Origin: Eledone cirrhosa
Taxonomy: Eukaryota
Direction: 5' to 3'
Length of the DNA stretch: 64,000 bases
NCBI GenBank assembly: GCA_964016885.1
Contig: OZ024742.1
Coordinates: 41,788,001 to 41,852,000, forward strand
The notes below the pieces were generated by a model. The model was not told the DNA's origin and searched no databases. It saw only the letters and a list, made by a program, of their open reading frames with translations. Shown here piece by piece: positions 13,380-26,921 of this stretch (position 1 is its first letter; the number at the start of each line of letters is the position of its first letter). A program made the translations under genes and the position numbers.

Positions 13380-13515
13380 TGGAGTGATGACTAACCTCTT
13401 GGAGGCTAAGGCCACTAGAGCAATTGAAGGGCTCCAATGGAGCAAGGCCACTGGGGAAAATGAAATTTGACCTGAGATGTTAAAAGCCTTAAATGGAGAA
13501 GTTATTCTCATGTGT
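13380..13515 (+). mobile_element. LINE RT N-terminal remnant
   Basis: KATGENEI*PEMLKALNGE resembles the conserved KA.G.D.I..EMLK motif of RTE-type RT. Confidence 0.5.
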
Positions 13516-15152
13516 ACTTTCGTTTGTAGAAAGAAACCTTTTGTTATTAACAAAGGCAGTAGTTCCCTGAACTTTTTCCAGCCTGTTCTTTGATGTTTAT
13601 TGTTACTGTTGCTGTTAATTGGACATGGTGCATTCTAGCATTTAGTTAGGATTCTTAACTCTGTTGTGAGTTCAAATTCTGCTGAAGTCAACTTTGCTTT
13701 TCATCTTTCTGGGGTTGATAAAATAAAATGCCAGTTAAGTACAGATGTTGATTTAATTGACTAACCCCTTTCCCAAAATGCTTGGCTTTTATGATAGATA
13801 CAGTTATAAATGGATGGAGAGAAGCTGAATAGTAGAACAATGAGCAAAATGCAATGTGACATTTGGTTATGTCTACACTCTGAGTTCGACTGTCACCGAG
13901 CTTGACTTTGCTTTCTTCCTTTTGGTGATACCAATCATTTATTGGGGTTTCCTATAATTAATTGTTCCTTTTTCTTCGAAATTCGTGGTCTTGTGCCTAT
14001 GTGGCAGAATCAGTAATGTGTCAGTCTAAAAGTTCCTAGTTATGTCCCTTTACATTTGAAATCACATACCTTAACTTTGCCTTTCACCCCCATTAATAAA
14101 ACTGAGTTTCTCAACTTTTTTCATTGTTTACTCCATGGTAATTTTTCTTTAGTAATTTGAGCTTATATCTCTACCATAATGCAACAACAGACATAGAGAA
14201 AATTTTAAATATTGTTTTTAACATTATTTTAAATTCAAAGGAAGGCAGTGGATTGGCAAAATCGCTAGAGCATCGGACAAAATGGCCAATGGTATTTGTT
14301 TTAAGTTCTAAGTTCAAATCTGGCTATGGTCAATTTTGCTTTTTATCCTTCTGGGGTTGATAAAATAAAGTACCTGTCAAGTACTGGGGACGATTTAATT
14401 AATTTTCGCCCCTCCACAAATTACTAGCCTTGTGCCTAAATAAGAAATCAAATGACAGTTAAGCACACAAGAATGTTATTCCACTTACGAACAGCTGCTA
14501 CAATGGCAACATGATAATTAAGTATAAAATACAGATTGTTAAATCCAAAATGGCAGAAAGAAAAATTAATATTTTAATGAACAAAATAGACCTACTTCAA
14601 ATTTTCTTCTCAACTTCAGATTGTTGCTGAAGCATGGAACAAACTACCTGCATCAGTCGTTAGCTGTCGAGACACTGCATCCTTTAAAACCTCCATGCTT
14701 CCCAAGATTCGCCAACACTACACCTAATGTTCCCCTTCCATACACATACACACATGTATATCATGACTCATACACTATTCACTTCCCTGACATTTGTATA
14801 TTATTCTATGTACTATACATTCACCTTTGACTGAGCACTTTACACAATAATTTCATTATTATTATTATTAAAATTGCCAGCTAAATTAATTATAGGGATA
14901 TAAAATGTGCTGAAGCAAAAACCAACCCAAACCAAACAGTGGGTGTTTTATTATATATTTCTGGCAGTATTATAACAACATGACCCACCCCAAATATAAC
15001 AATTTTTAAATATAATTTTTCAAAAAATATGTACTTGAATATCCTGGTTTTAGAATAAATCCACTGTATCCCTGCATGTTGTAAGAGGGTTGATGTCAGG
15101 AAGGACATCTGGCTGTAAAACATTGTTTCAAAACATCAAGTTCAGCCCCTGT

Positions 15153-15195
<43 letters not shown>

Positions 15196-15388
15196 CTGTA
15201 GACTCCCAAGTTGTGTCGAGAGATGATGAAACAGTTTTAGTTCTGTAGAAGTCATTGCTGTATATGATAAAGATATATATATATTAACTCGTCCTATGGA
15301 CTGAGTGCTCTGAACCCTTGGATATTTATACCAAATTTGTAGTACAGTATAAATAAATATATATATATATACACATATATACATATAT

Positions 15389-15588
15389 ACGAGGGTCAGA
15401 TGAAAAGTTCATAGGCTGAACAAGGTACTCTTATGGAATGATTAAATGAGGTTTATTTTTCAACATAGTCTCTGGAAAGAAACAATGCAGTTATATATAA
15501 GAAGAGCTGAATTATTGCATGCAAGATTTCACACAACTTTAGCATCAATTCTTCATAGTTAGTCTATGAACTTTTCAGCAAACCCTCA
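15389..15588. mobile_element. Mariner-type MITE
   Basis: TA-flanked imperfect TIRs CGAGGGTCAGATGAAAAGTTCATAG ... CTATGAACTTTTCAGCAAACCCTCA. Confidence 0.65.
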
Positions 15589-15680
15589 TACATACATATA
15601 TATGAGAGAGAGAAAGATAATTCTATAAGTTGATAAAACAACAGTTAGACATTGAACTTGGTGACTTATTTCTTTGTTAG

Positions 15681-15684
15681 TATA

Positions 15685-15765
<81 letters not shown>

Positions 15766-15977
15766 GATTTATATATATGATTTATATATATTATTATATA
15801 TATATATATAATATACATGTATATATGATTTATATATATATATAATATATATATATATATATTATATATATATAAATCATATATACATGTATATTATATA
15901 TATATATATAATATACATGTATATATGATTTATATATATATATTTAATATACATGTATATATGATTTATATATATAT

Positions 15978-16025
<48 letters not shown>

Positions 16026-16080
16026 CATATATATGATTTATATATATATATTATAATATATATATATATATATATATATT
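15681..16080. repeat. Compound (TA)n microsatellite / low-complexity tract
   Basis: About 400 bp of TA repeats with recurring ATACATGTATATATGATTT subunits. Confidence 0.95.
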
Positions 16081-16124
16081 AGAATATAAATATTAATAAA
16101 ATAGATGTTCTTTTGATCAATTAC

Positions 16125-16177
16125 ATTTTATTATACATATTTCGGATGTACAACAGTACGTCCTCATCAGACAAAAT
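16125..16177 (-). ncRNA. Minimal type I hammerhead ribozyme (mirror copy)
   Basis: Reverse complement of the motif at 17907-17959 (TTTC...TCATCAG on the + strand). Confidence 0.72.
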
Positions 16178-17906
16178 ATAATGATACATGACATACCCTG
16201 AGATGTTAAATGGTTAAGATTTAATCAAGGTAGTGATTAACCTAAGAGAAAATTTAACATTTATACCCTAATAATGAGAAAATGCTAAAACGGAATAAAT
16301 TCAATAGCGAATGTGTGAGTATGAAAAACATTGCTTAATGTACCAGTTATCTAGATTTTAATATGTATGATACTACAATTCATCTAGGAAAGCATTTCAT
16401 GAATTATAACAGTCAGTGAGAGAGAGAGGGAAAGATGAGGGGCGTAATGTATGCAGAAGGAGATTTTTTTCCGAAAGTTAAACGGTTAAGTTTGAAAATA
16501 TTTAATTTATGTTATCTTAGGGTGAAGAATCAATATTTTAGGGTTTTTTTTAAAATTGGTGGTTATTTATATATTAGTTTTGTAAATTTTATAAGTGTGT
16601 TAACACTTCTAAGCTTCTGAATTTTTTGATGATAAGATTTAAAGGATTTAGCTGGCCATTATTAAGGAAAGTTTACACTGTTGAATATTTTCCTAAATGT
16701 AATCTTTAATGAAGTTAGTCATTGTCAACGTATTAGGTATGTAAAGCTTTTGAAGTACTTATTGTTAGAAAAATTTAAATAACGGTTATGTATATAGATA
16801 TATATTAATTAATGAGCCAGTATATTTTAGGTAAATGATAATGAAAATAAAATAAAAATAAAATAATAGATTGAGGCATGTTAAAATTAAATATATACCC
16901 ATATATAACCGTGTGTAAATGTATTAATTATTCCTAGCTCAAAGTAAAAACAATCAAAAAATTTAGAAGTTAACTGAAAATTATGTATAGAAAGATACAG
17001 GGAGTTATATATGGATATATCTTATATTGGGTATTAGTGATACAGTATACTTTAGGTAAATGATAACGATTATAATTTTATAAAATAAAGTTCTACGTGT
17101 TAAAGTTAAATACATATATATATATAAGAAAAACAATAATAAATGCATGGATAATTCATAGTTCAAAATAATGTTTATAATAATTTGTAATTTGGATTTT
17201 GCTCTATATTTGAATCATGGATATAAGAATTTTATTTTATTTTCATTATCATTTACCTAAAATATACTGGCTCATTAATTAATATATATCTATATACATA
17301 ACCGTTATTTAAATTTTTCTAACAATAAGTACTTCAAAAGCTTTACATACCTAATACGTTGACAATGACTAACTTCATTAAAGATTACATTTAGGAAAAT
17401 ATTCAACAGTGTAAACTTTCCTTAATAATAGCCAGCTAAATCCTTTAAATCTTATCATCAAAAAATTCAGAAGCTTAGAAGTGTTAACACACTTATAAAA
17501 TTTACAAAACTAATATATAAATAACCACCAATTTAAAAAAAAACCCTAAAATATTGATTCTTCACCCTAAGATAACATAAATTAAATATTTTCAAACTTA
17601 ACCGTTTAACTTTCGGAAAAAAATCTCCTTCTGCATACATTACGCCCCTCATCTTTCCCTCTCTCTCTCACTGACTGTTATAATTCATGAAATGCTTTCC
17701 TAGATGAATTGTAGTATCATACATATTAAAATCTAGATAACTGGTACATTAAGCAATGTTTTTCATACTCACACATTCTCTATTGAATTTATTCCGTTTT
17801 AGCATTTTCTCATTATTAGGGTATAAATGTTAAATTTTCTCTTAGGTTAATCACTACCTTGATTAAATCTTAACCGTTTTACATCTCAGGGTATGTCATG
17901 TATCAT

Positions 17907-17959
17907 ATTTTGTCTGATGAGGACGTACTGTTGTACATCCGAAATATGTATAATAAAAT
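17907..17959 (+). ncRNA. Minimal type I hammerhead ribozyme
   Basis: Stem I AUUUUGU/AUAAAAU; core CUGAUGA (17914-17920); stem II GGACGUAC-UGUU-GUACAUCC; GAAA (17941-17944); short stem III UAUGUA; AUA cleavage triplet. Confidence 0.75.
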
Positions 17960-18109
17960 GTAATTGATCAAAAGAACATCTATTTTATTAATATTTATAT
18001 TCTAATATTAATAACTCCGGAAAATTATTTTACCGTAGAGTGCTTCCAATCTACTGTAAAATTCATTCTTTGATATACTCATACTCATTGAATTTTGTTT
18101 AACTCTTCA

Positions 18110-18143
<34 letters not shown>

Positions 18144-18686
18144 ATATGTATATGTATGTATGTATATATATATATTATATATATATATGTATGTATATAT
18201 ATATATATTATATATATATATTATATTATATATATATATTATCATCATCAACGTTTAACGTCCGTGTTCCACGCTTGCATGGGTTTGGACGGGGGTTTTC
18301 CCACTTGAGGCAAGAGTGATTATCTTGCTCGCATAGGACTATCTGGCGGGTTTTCTACAGCTGGATGCCCTTCCTAACACCAACCACATTTACAGTGTGG
18401 GGCTGGGAGGTTTTTACCGTGTTGCCTACACGGCCACATTTTATATATATATATATTATATTTATATATATATATATATACATATATAAATTAATAAAAA
18501 CAAAGAACAAGTTCCTTATATTGAAAAATTCATCATTTTACGATTGTTTCTAGGATATATATGGTATGTATATCATATAGATCTATGTAAAAATATTACA
18601 AACTATCAGAGGAAATATACAGACCTTCACATATATATGCTGTCTTCAATAAATACATATGTATTGTAAAACTAATACCTTTTCAG

Positions 18687-18951
18687 AATGCTTCTCAGAG
18701 TTCATCTGCTGAAATATTACAAAATGAACAAGAAAACATGAATGATAGTGAAATAAGTGTTGTTTCTAAGAAAAAGAAGAAAAAGAAGAAGCAACAAGAG
18801 ATGCAGTGGTCAAGTACTTTACTAAATTACCTTGGTGGCATGGAAGAAGATGTTGTTGAAAATAAAGAACCAGCTGATGAGATGGTCCAGAATGTGACAA
18901 ACTCGAATATAAAGAGTCAGCCTGTAGATAAAATATATATTGAAACCAAAC
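18687..18951 (+). CDS. TMEM237: TMEM237 exon 2
   Basis: TTTCAG acceptor (phase 0) and C|GTATGT donor (phase 1). Encodes NASQSSSAE...SKKKKKKKKQQE...SQPVDKIYIETK, matching the TMEM237 SQPV.K.F/Y.E motif. Confidence 0.85.
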
Positions 18952-19857
18952 GTATGTCACCTTTTAAGTTTTTATTTCATTTTTCAGTTATTGAGGGTGG
19001 GGGCAGTGAAGCTGGATTTAAGACAAATGAGGCCCTGTGTTAGTTAAGTTATGAGGCACCTTACTTGGGCCTTGATGGAGATAGGCCCAATAAAGAAATT
19101 TTTTTTGTCAGGAAGATGGGCCTCCCTGGTAAACAGGGCCCTGTGCTTAAGCACACCTAAGCACAATGGTAAATCCAGCACTGGGCAAATGATTGATGGA
19201 ATTGTTATAATGTTGGACAGAATGTCTTGCAATATCTGCTCCAGATCTTTGTGTTCTGAGTTCAAATCCAGCTGAAAAGATTAACTTTGCTTTCAAGGTT
19301 GATAAAATAAAGTCTCATTCCCGAGTGGAAGATTGGCGAAATTGTTAGAGTATTGGACAAGATGCTTAATGGTATTTGTTGTGACTCTTTGCTTCCTGAG
19401 CTCATATTCCACTGTAGCCTATTTGGGTCGTTGACATAATCTGTTACCTGGTTTAACATCACTACCATCACCACCTAGTCCTTGAGTGCCTTTAGTAGAG
19501 CTCTCTCTATTGTAAGTATTCAGGCTCTGTATCCAGCTTAAGGATATGCTCCTCCCTCCTACCAAGCTCAGGAAAGGGTCATGGCTACTCTCTGACTAAA
19601 CAGTAAAAATAAAAACTCATTGCTGTAGTCCCTACTATCTTTAGTAGACACAGCATCACTACTGCAGTCATCCAGTTTATTTTCTCCATGTTGTAATCTG
19701 TTCTGCAAGATAGTTAATCTGAAATCTTTGAATAAATATGACTGCATGGGGTAGACTTGGACTCTACAAGCTATAATGAAAGCAACCCCTCTAAGAGATC
19801 AGACACTGAATTAAAACTAATTCTATTTTTATGCAACTCTCCATGGAGCAGACATGC

Positions 19858-22800
19858 ATTCCACTCACCACAATGTTTGACTATATCCCACCAGTCTGAT
19901 ATTCCACTCCCAACAATGTTTGACTATATCCCACCAGCCTGATATTCCAGTACCAACAATGTTTGACTATATCCCACCAGCCTGATATTCCACTCCCAAC
20001 AATGTTTGACTATATCCCACCAGCCTGATACTCCACTCCCAACAATGTTTGACTATATCCCACCAGCCTGATATTCCAGTACCAACAATGTTTGACTATA
20101 TCCCACCAGTCTGATATTCCACTCCCAACAATGTTTGACTATATCCCACCAGCCTGATATTCCACTCCCAACAATGTTTGACTATATCCCACCAGCCTGA
20201 TATTCCAGTACCAACAATGTTTGACTATATCCCACCAGCCTGATATTCCAGTACCAACAATGTTTGACTATATCCCACCAGCCTGATATTCCAGTACCAA
20301 CAATGTTTGACTATATCCCACCAGCCTGATATTCCACTCCCAACAATGTTTGACTATATCCCACCAGCCCAATATTCCAGTACCAACAATGTTTGACTAT
20401 ATCCCACCAGCCTGATATTCCAGTACCAACAATGTTTGACTATATCCCACCAGCCTGATACTCCACTCCCAACAATGTTTGACTATATCCCACCAGCCTG
20501 ATATTCCAGTACCAACAATGTTTGACTATATCCCACCAGCTTGATATTCTACTCCCAACAATGTTTGACTATATCCCACCAGCCCAATATTCCACTCCCA
20601 ACAATGTTTGACTATATCCCACCAGCCCAATATTCCAGTACCAACAATGTTTGACTATATCTCACCAGCCTGATATCCCAGTACCAACAATGTTTGACTA
20701 TATCCCACCAGCTTGATATTCCAGAACCAACAATGTTTGACTATATCCCACCAGCTTGATATTCCAGTACCAACAATGTTTGACTATATCCCACCAGCCC
20801 AATATTCCAGTACCAACAATGTTTGACTATATCCTACCAGCCTGATATTCCACTCCCAACAATCTTTGACTATATCCCACCAGCCTGATATTCCAGTACC
20901 AACAATGTTTGACTATATCCCACCAGCCTGATATCCCACTCCCAACAATGTTTGACTATATCCCACCAGCCCAATATTACACTCCCAACAATGTTTGACT
21001 ATATCCCACCAGCCTGATATTCCACTCCCAACAATGTTTGACTATATCCCACCAGCCTGATATTCCAGTACCAACAATGTTTGACTATATCCCACCAGCC
21101 TGATATTCCAGTACCAACAATGTTTAACTATATCCCACCAGCCCAATATTCCAGTACCAACAATGTTTGACTATATCTCACCAGCCCAATATTACACTCC
21201 CAACAATGTTTGACTATATCCCACCAGCCTGATATTCCAGTACCAACAATACTTAACTATATCCCACCAGCCTGATATTCCAGTACCAACAATACTTAAC
21301 TATATCCCACCAGCCTGATATTCCAGTACCAACAATGTTTGACTATATCCCACCAGCCTGATATTCCAGTACCAACAATGTTTGACTATATCCCACCAGC
21401 CTGATATTCCAGAACCAACAATGTTTGACTATATCCCACCAGCCTGATATTCCATTCCCAACAATGTTTGACTATATCCCACCAGCCTGATATTCCAGAA
21501 CCAACAATGTTTGACTATATCCCACCAGCCTGATATTCCAGTACCAACAATGTTTGACTATATCCCACCAGCCTGATATTCCATTCCCAACAATGTTTGA
21601 CTATATCCCACCAGCCTGATATTCCATTCCCAACAATGTTTGACTATATCCCACCAGCCTGATATTCCAGTACCAACAATGTTTGACTATATCCCACCAG
21701 CCTGATATTCCAGAACCAAAAATGTTTGACTATATCCCACCAGCCTGATATTCCATTCCCAACAATGTTTGACTATATCCCACCAGCCTGATATTCCAGT
21801 ACCAACAATGTTTGACTATATCCCACCAGCCTGATATTCCAGAACCAACAATGTTTGACTATATCCCACCAGCCTGATATTCCATTCCCAACAATGTTTG
21901 ACTATATCCCACCAGCCTGATATTCCAGAACCAACAATGTTTGACTATATCCCACCAGCCTGATATTCCAGTACCAACAATGTTTGACTATATCCCACCA
22001 GCCTGATATTCCAGAACCAACAATGTTTGACTATATCCCACCAGCTTGATATTCCAGAACCAACAATGTTTGACTATATCCCACCAGCTTGATATTCCAG
22101 TACCAACAATGTTTGACTATATCCCGCCAGCTTGATATTCCAGAACCAACAATGTTTGACTATATCCCACCAGCCTGATATTCCAGTACCAACAATGTTT
22201 GACTATATCCCACCAGCCTGATATTCCATTCCCAACAATGTTTGACTATATCCCACCAGCCTGATATTCCAGAACCAACAATGTTTGACTATATCCCACC
22301 AGCCTGATATTCCAGTACCAACAATGTTTGACTATATCCCACCAGTCTGATATTCCACTCCCAACAATGTTTGACTATATCCCACCAGCCTGATATTCCA
22401 GTACCAACAATGTTTGACTATATCCCACCAGCCCAATATTCCAGTACCAACAATGTTTGACTATATCCCACCAGCCTGATATTCCAGTACCAACAATGTT
22501 TGACTATATCCCACCAGCCTGATACTCCACTCCCAACAATGTTTGACTATATCCCACCAGCCTGATATTCCAGTACCAACAATGTTTGACTATATCCCAC
22601 CAGCCTGATATTCCAGTACCAACAATGTTTGACTATATCCCACCAGCCTGATATTCCAGAACCAACAATGTTTGACTATATCCCACCAGCCTGATATTCC
22701 AGTACCAACAATGTTTGACTATATCCCACCAGTCTGATATTCCACTCCCAACAATGTTTGACTATATCCCACCAGCCTGATATTCCAGTACCAACAATGT

Positions 22801-24847
22801 TTGACTATATCCCACCAGCCCAATATTCCAGTACCAACAATGTTTGACTATATCCCACCAGCCTGATATTCCAGTACCAACAATGTTTGACTATATCCCA
22901 CCAGCCTGATATTCCAGTACCAACAATGTTTGACTATATCCCACCAGCCTGATATTCCAGTACCAACAATGTTTGACTATATCCCACCAGCCTGATATTC
23001 CACTCCCAACAATGTTTGACTATATCCCACCAGCCTGATATTCCAGTACCAACAATGTTTGACTATATCCCACCAGCTTGATATTCCACTCCCAACAATG
23101 TTTGACTATATCCCACCAGCCCAATATTCCAGTACCAACAATGTTTGACTATATCCCACCAGCCTGATATTCCAGTACCAACAATGTTTGACTATATCCC
23201 ACCAGCTTGATATTCCAGAACCAACAATGTTTGACTATATCCCACCAGCTTGATATTCCAGTACCAACAATGTTTGACTATATCCCACCAGCCCAATATT
23301 CCAGTACCAACAATGTTTGACTATATCCTACCAGCCTGATATTCCACTCCCAACAATGTTTGACTATATCCCACCAGCCCAATATTACACTCCCAACAAT
23401 GTTTGACTATATCCCACCAGCCTGATATTCCAGTACCAACAATGTTTGACTATATCCCACCAGCCTGATATCCCACTCCCAACAATGTTTGACTATATCC
23501 CACCAGCCCAATATTACACTCCCAACAATGTTTGACTATATCCCACCAGCCTGATATTCCAGTACCAACAATGTTTGACTATATCCCACCAGCCTGATAT
23601 TCCAGTACCAACAATACTTAACTATATCCCACCAGCCTGATATTCCACTCCCAACAATGTTTGACTATATCCCACCAGCCTGATATTCCAGTACCAACAA
23701 TACTTAACTATATCCCACCAGCCTGATATTCCAGTACCAACAATACTTAACTATATCCCACCAGCCTGATATTCCACTCCCAACAATGTTTGACTATATC
23801 CCACCAGCCTGATATTCCAGTACCAACAATGTTTGACTATATCCCACCAGCCTGATATTCCAGAACCAACAATGTTTGACTATATCCCACCAGCCTGACA
23901 TTCGACTCCCAACAATGTTTGACTATATCCCACCAGCCTGATATTCCAGTACCAACAATGTTTGACTATATCCCACCAGCCTGATATTCCATTCCCAACA
24001 ATGTTTGACTATATCCCACCAGCCTGATATTCCAGACCAACAATGTTTGACTATATCCCACCAGCCTGATATTCCAGTACCAACAATGTTTGACTATATC
24101 CCACAAGCCTGATATTCCAGTACCAACAATGTTTGACTATATCCCACCAGCCTGATATTCCAGTACCAACAATGTTTGACTATATCCCACCAGCCTGATA
24201 TTCCACTCCCAACAATGTTTGACTATATCCCACCAGCCTGATATTCCAGTACCAACAATGTTTGACTATATCCCACCAGCCTGATATTCCATTCCCAACA
24301 ATGTTTGACTATATCCCACCAGCCTGATATTCCACTCCCAACAATGTTTGACTATATCCCACCAGCCTGATATTCCAGTACCAACAATACTTAACTATAT
24401 CCCACCAGCCTGATATTCCACTCCCAACAATGTTTGACTATATCCCACCAGCCTGATATTCCAGTACCAACAATACTTAACTATATCCCACCAGCCTGAT
24501 ATTCCAGTACCAACAATACTTAACTATATCCCACCAGCCTGATATTCCACTCCCAACAATGTTTGACTATATCCCACCAGCCTGATATTCCAGTACCAAC
24601 AATGTTTGACTATATCCCACCAGCCTGATATTCCAGTACCAATAATGTTTGACTATATCCCACCAGCCTGATATTCCATTCCCAACAATGTTTGACTATA
24701 TCCCACCAGCCTGATATTCCATTCCCAACAATGTTTGACTATATCCCACCAGCCTGATATTCCAGTACCAACAATGTTTGACTATATCCCATCAGCCCAA
24801 TATTCTGGTCCCAACAATGTTTGACTATATCCCATCAGTTCAATATT
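19858..24847. repeat. 43-bp minisatellite, roughly 115 units, in TMEM237 intron 2
   Basis: Consensus CCAACAATGTTTGACTATATCCCACCAGCCTGATATTCCAGTA. The period of 43 is seen directly (e.g. TGACTAT at 19921 and 19964). Confidence 0.97.
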
Positions 24848-25431
24848 TTGTTCTGCCATGTACTTCTTTTTACTATTGTTATTTACACAGTAAATTAGCA
24901 CAGTAAATTAGCAAAGTCATTAGAGTGTTCAGTTAAATGATTTGGTATTTATTGCAGTTCTCTGCCTTCTGTGTTAAATTCCTGCCAGGTTCAACTTTGC
25001 CTTTCAGGGATGGAGGATTGACAGTATTGTTAAAAAGTCTGATAGGATACTTTTCAGTATCTGATCCTGCTCTGTGCTTTCTACATTCAAATCTTGCCTC
25101 AACCAACCAGGTGTTGTGACCTACAGAGATTATCAGCAATGGAAAAACCAAAGGAAACAGTTTCCTTGGCTCAATCCAAATATCAGTTCCATTCCTTTCT
25201 ACATAAATCAGCAATCATATATACATTGTTGCTTTACCTTGAATTCTTTGGGAAGGCTGTCATTGCCATTATTGTTATGAAGTTTATACATTTATTATCT
25301 CTTTTTTTTCTGATTTTATAGACAAATATGTTTTTGCAGTGATTTTTGCATGCATGGCCAATGTTGGGGACTGCATGCATGGCAAAAGGTCAGGATTCAA
25401 AGGGTTAATTAAAAGATATTTTATTTATTAA

Positions 25432-25652
25432 CCCTTTAGCATTTAAACTAGCCATATCTGGCCAGAATTCTTTCACTTCTTTCTGTTCAAACTGGCTCTA
25501 ACTGACTACTCATACCAACATTAAGATATTGTTCTCAAAATAAATAATATCAAAATTTCATAGATTTGATATTATGTGAGAATATTATGTTAAGAAAAGC
25601 CTTTACCGTGAAAATATAATAGTAAATATAGAGTAATGTAAATGTTAAAGGG
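25432..25652. mobile_element. TTAA-targeting piggyBac-type MITE (~220 bp)
   Basis: TTAA|CCCTTTAGCATTT...AAAGGG|TTAA. Related copies lie at ~1047-1213, ~3620-3803, ~35395-35577 and ~36740-36943. Confidence 0.8.
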
Positions 25653-25714
25653 TTAAAACATGATAAATTTTCTAAGTATTTTTTGTTATTAATGTCTCTC
25701 TTTCTTCTCACCAG

Positions 25715-26039
25715 GAAATTTCAAGAGCGAGCTTAAGAGCAAACATCCAGCAGCTAAAGCAAAAGAAAATCAGAAATTAGAACAGTATGGTGATATATAT
25801 ACTACTGTGCCACAAACTACCTTAGAGTTTGCTATTAAAACTCAGCACCGGTGGCAGATCTTCTGCTTATTCTTCCATGGTCTCACTGCTGGTATTGGTC
25901 TGTGGCAGATTGTCATTGTATATGTATTTGAATATAATCGTCAACAGGATTTTATAAATGATTATAAAATTATGGCTCTACCCTTTCAAAGTTTATTCTA
26001 TGGCTTGTTAGTTATCTGCTTGGTGTCTGCATGTGACAG
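25715..26039 (+). CDS. TMEM237: TMEM237 exon 3 (transmembrane region)
   Basis: Polypyrimidine tract plus CCAG acceptor and AG|GTAAGA donor. Encodes ...FCLFFHGLTAGIGLWQIVIVYV...YKIMALPFQSLFYGLLVICLVSACDR, closely matching TMEM237 HG.LAG...W.I...Y and A.PFQSL.Y.LL....SA.DR. Confidence 0.92.
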
Positions 26040-26483
26040 GTAAGACAAAATATTCCACAATTATTATAGAGAGAGTAGTCTTAGTTGTGGATTAGAACAT
26101 TAAAATTAAAAGCAAGGCTTAGATAGTACCAGTTTTAGGAAAAGTTTAGTAGTTTCTAATAAAATATGAAGCATGAATAGAAAGTGTGATGTTATATGAT
26201 AGTGAAATAGGTACTTTATAGAAGATCTGCAGAAGTTATTGACCAAGGAGAACGGAATCAAATATAATCTGTTTAGTGTGTTATGTCAGTTTGTATAAAA
26301 GGTAGAATGCAAGTGAGCTGAGAGAGCAGTTGAGAAACGACCATAAAACAATGGATTAATTAACTACTTCACATTGTCTACATCAATACATGATATCGAT
26401 AATTGAATATATTTTATTATAAACATTACATCAATAATTTTAAATATTGTATAAAAATTTCTGCATCATTTATTATTTATTAG

Positions 26484-26658
26484 GTATGACATCAGTAACA
26501 TAAACATGCAATTCATGCTGGATGCGATTACTCTGAAGTCTGGTGCCCTTTCTGTTGTAATCTATTTTGTATGCATTGTAATGCATACCAGTGTTGTACA
26601 CATTGATGACAAGATGTTTCTTAATAACAACACTGTTACACTCTTTAGCAACATGCAA
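26484..26658 (+). CDS. TMEM237: TMEM237 exon 4
   Basis: TATTAG acceptor (phase 2) and CAA|GTAAGT donor. Encodes YDISNINMQFMLDAITLKSGALSVVIYFVCIVMHTSVVHIDDKMFLNNNTVTLFSNMQ, with one hydrophobic helix. Confidence 0.85.
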
Positions 26659-26921
26659 GTAAGTTTACAGTACATCTTTATATATTTGTTGTTTAATTTC
26701 ATATGTCCAGTAGACTATGGTTGAGGTATCCTAAGTCTACTCAGGCAGTGTTAAGTGCAAACCAAAACCACAGAGTGCCAAACACATTTATGTCAACATT
26801 TCCATGCTAGTATTGGTTGGATGGCACTTTTTGAGGCAATGTTTTACAGCCAGATACCCTTCCTGATGCTGACCCTTTTAGTTGCTTCTTATGACATATA
26901 TATATATATATATATATATAT

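Larger units (their letters stand above)
16075..18110. mobile_element. Penelope-like pseudo-LTR fold-back: ~780-bp inverted repeat (16075-16857 / 17231-18007)
   Basis: The arms are reverse complements with only a handful of differences, and each carries a hammerhead motif. The element sits between TA microsatellites. Confidence 0.75.

Noticed and set aside
18095-18553. Short ORFs rich in I/Y/C/V (also 43608-44001, 15142-15384)
   Set aside because: Translations of TA/TG microsatellites and RTE tails, not genes.
19858-24847. CRISPR-like array
   Set aside because: No unique spacers and no cas genes. These are pure tandem units inside a eukaryotic intron.
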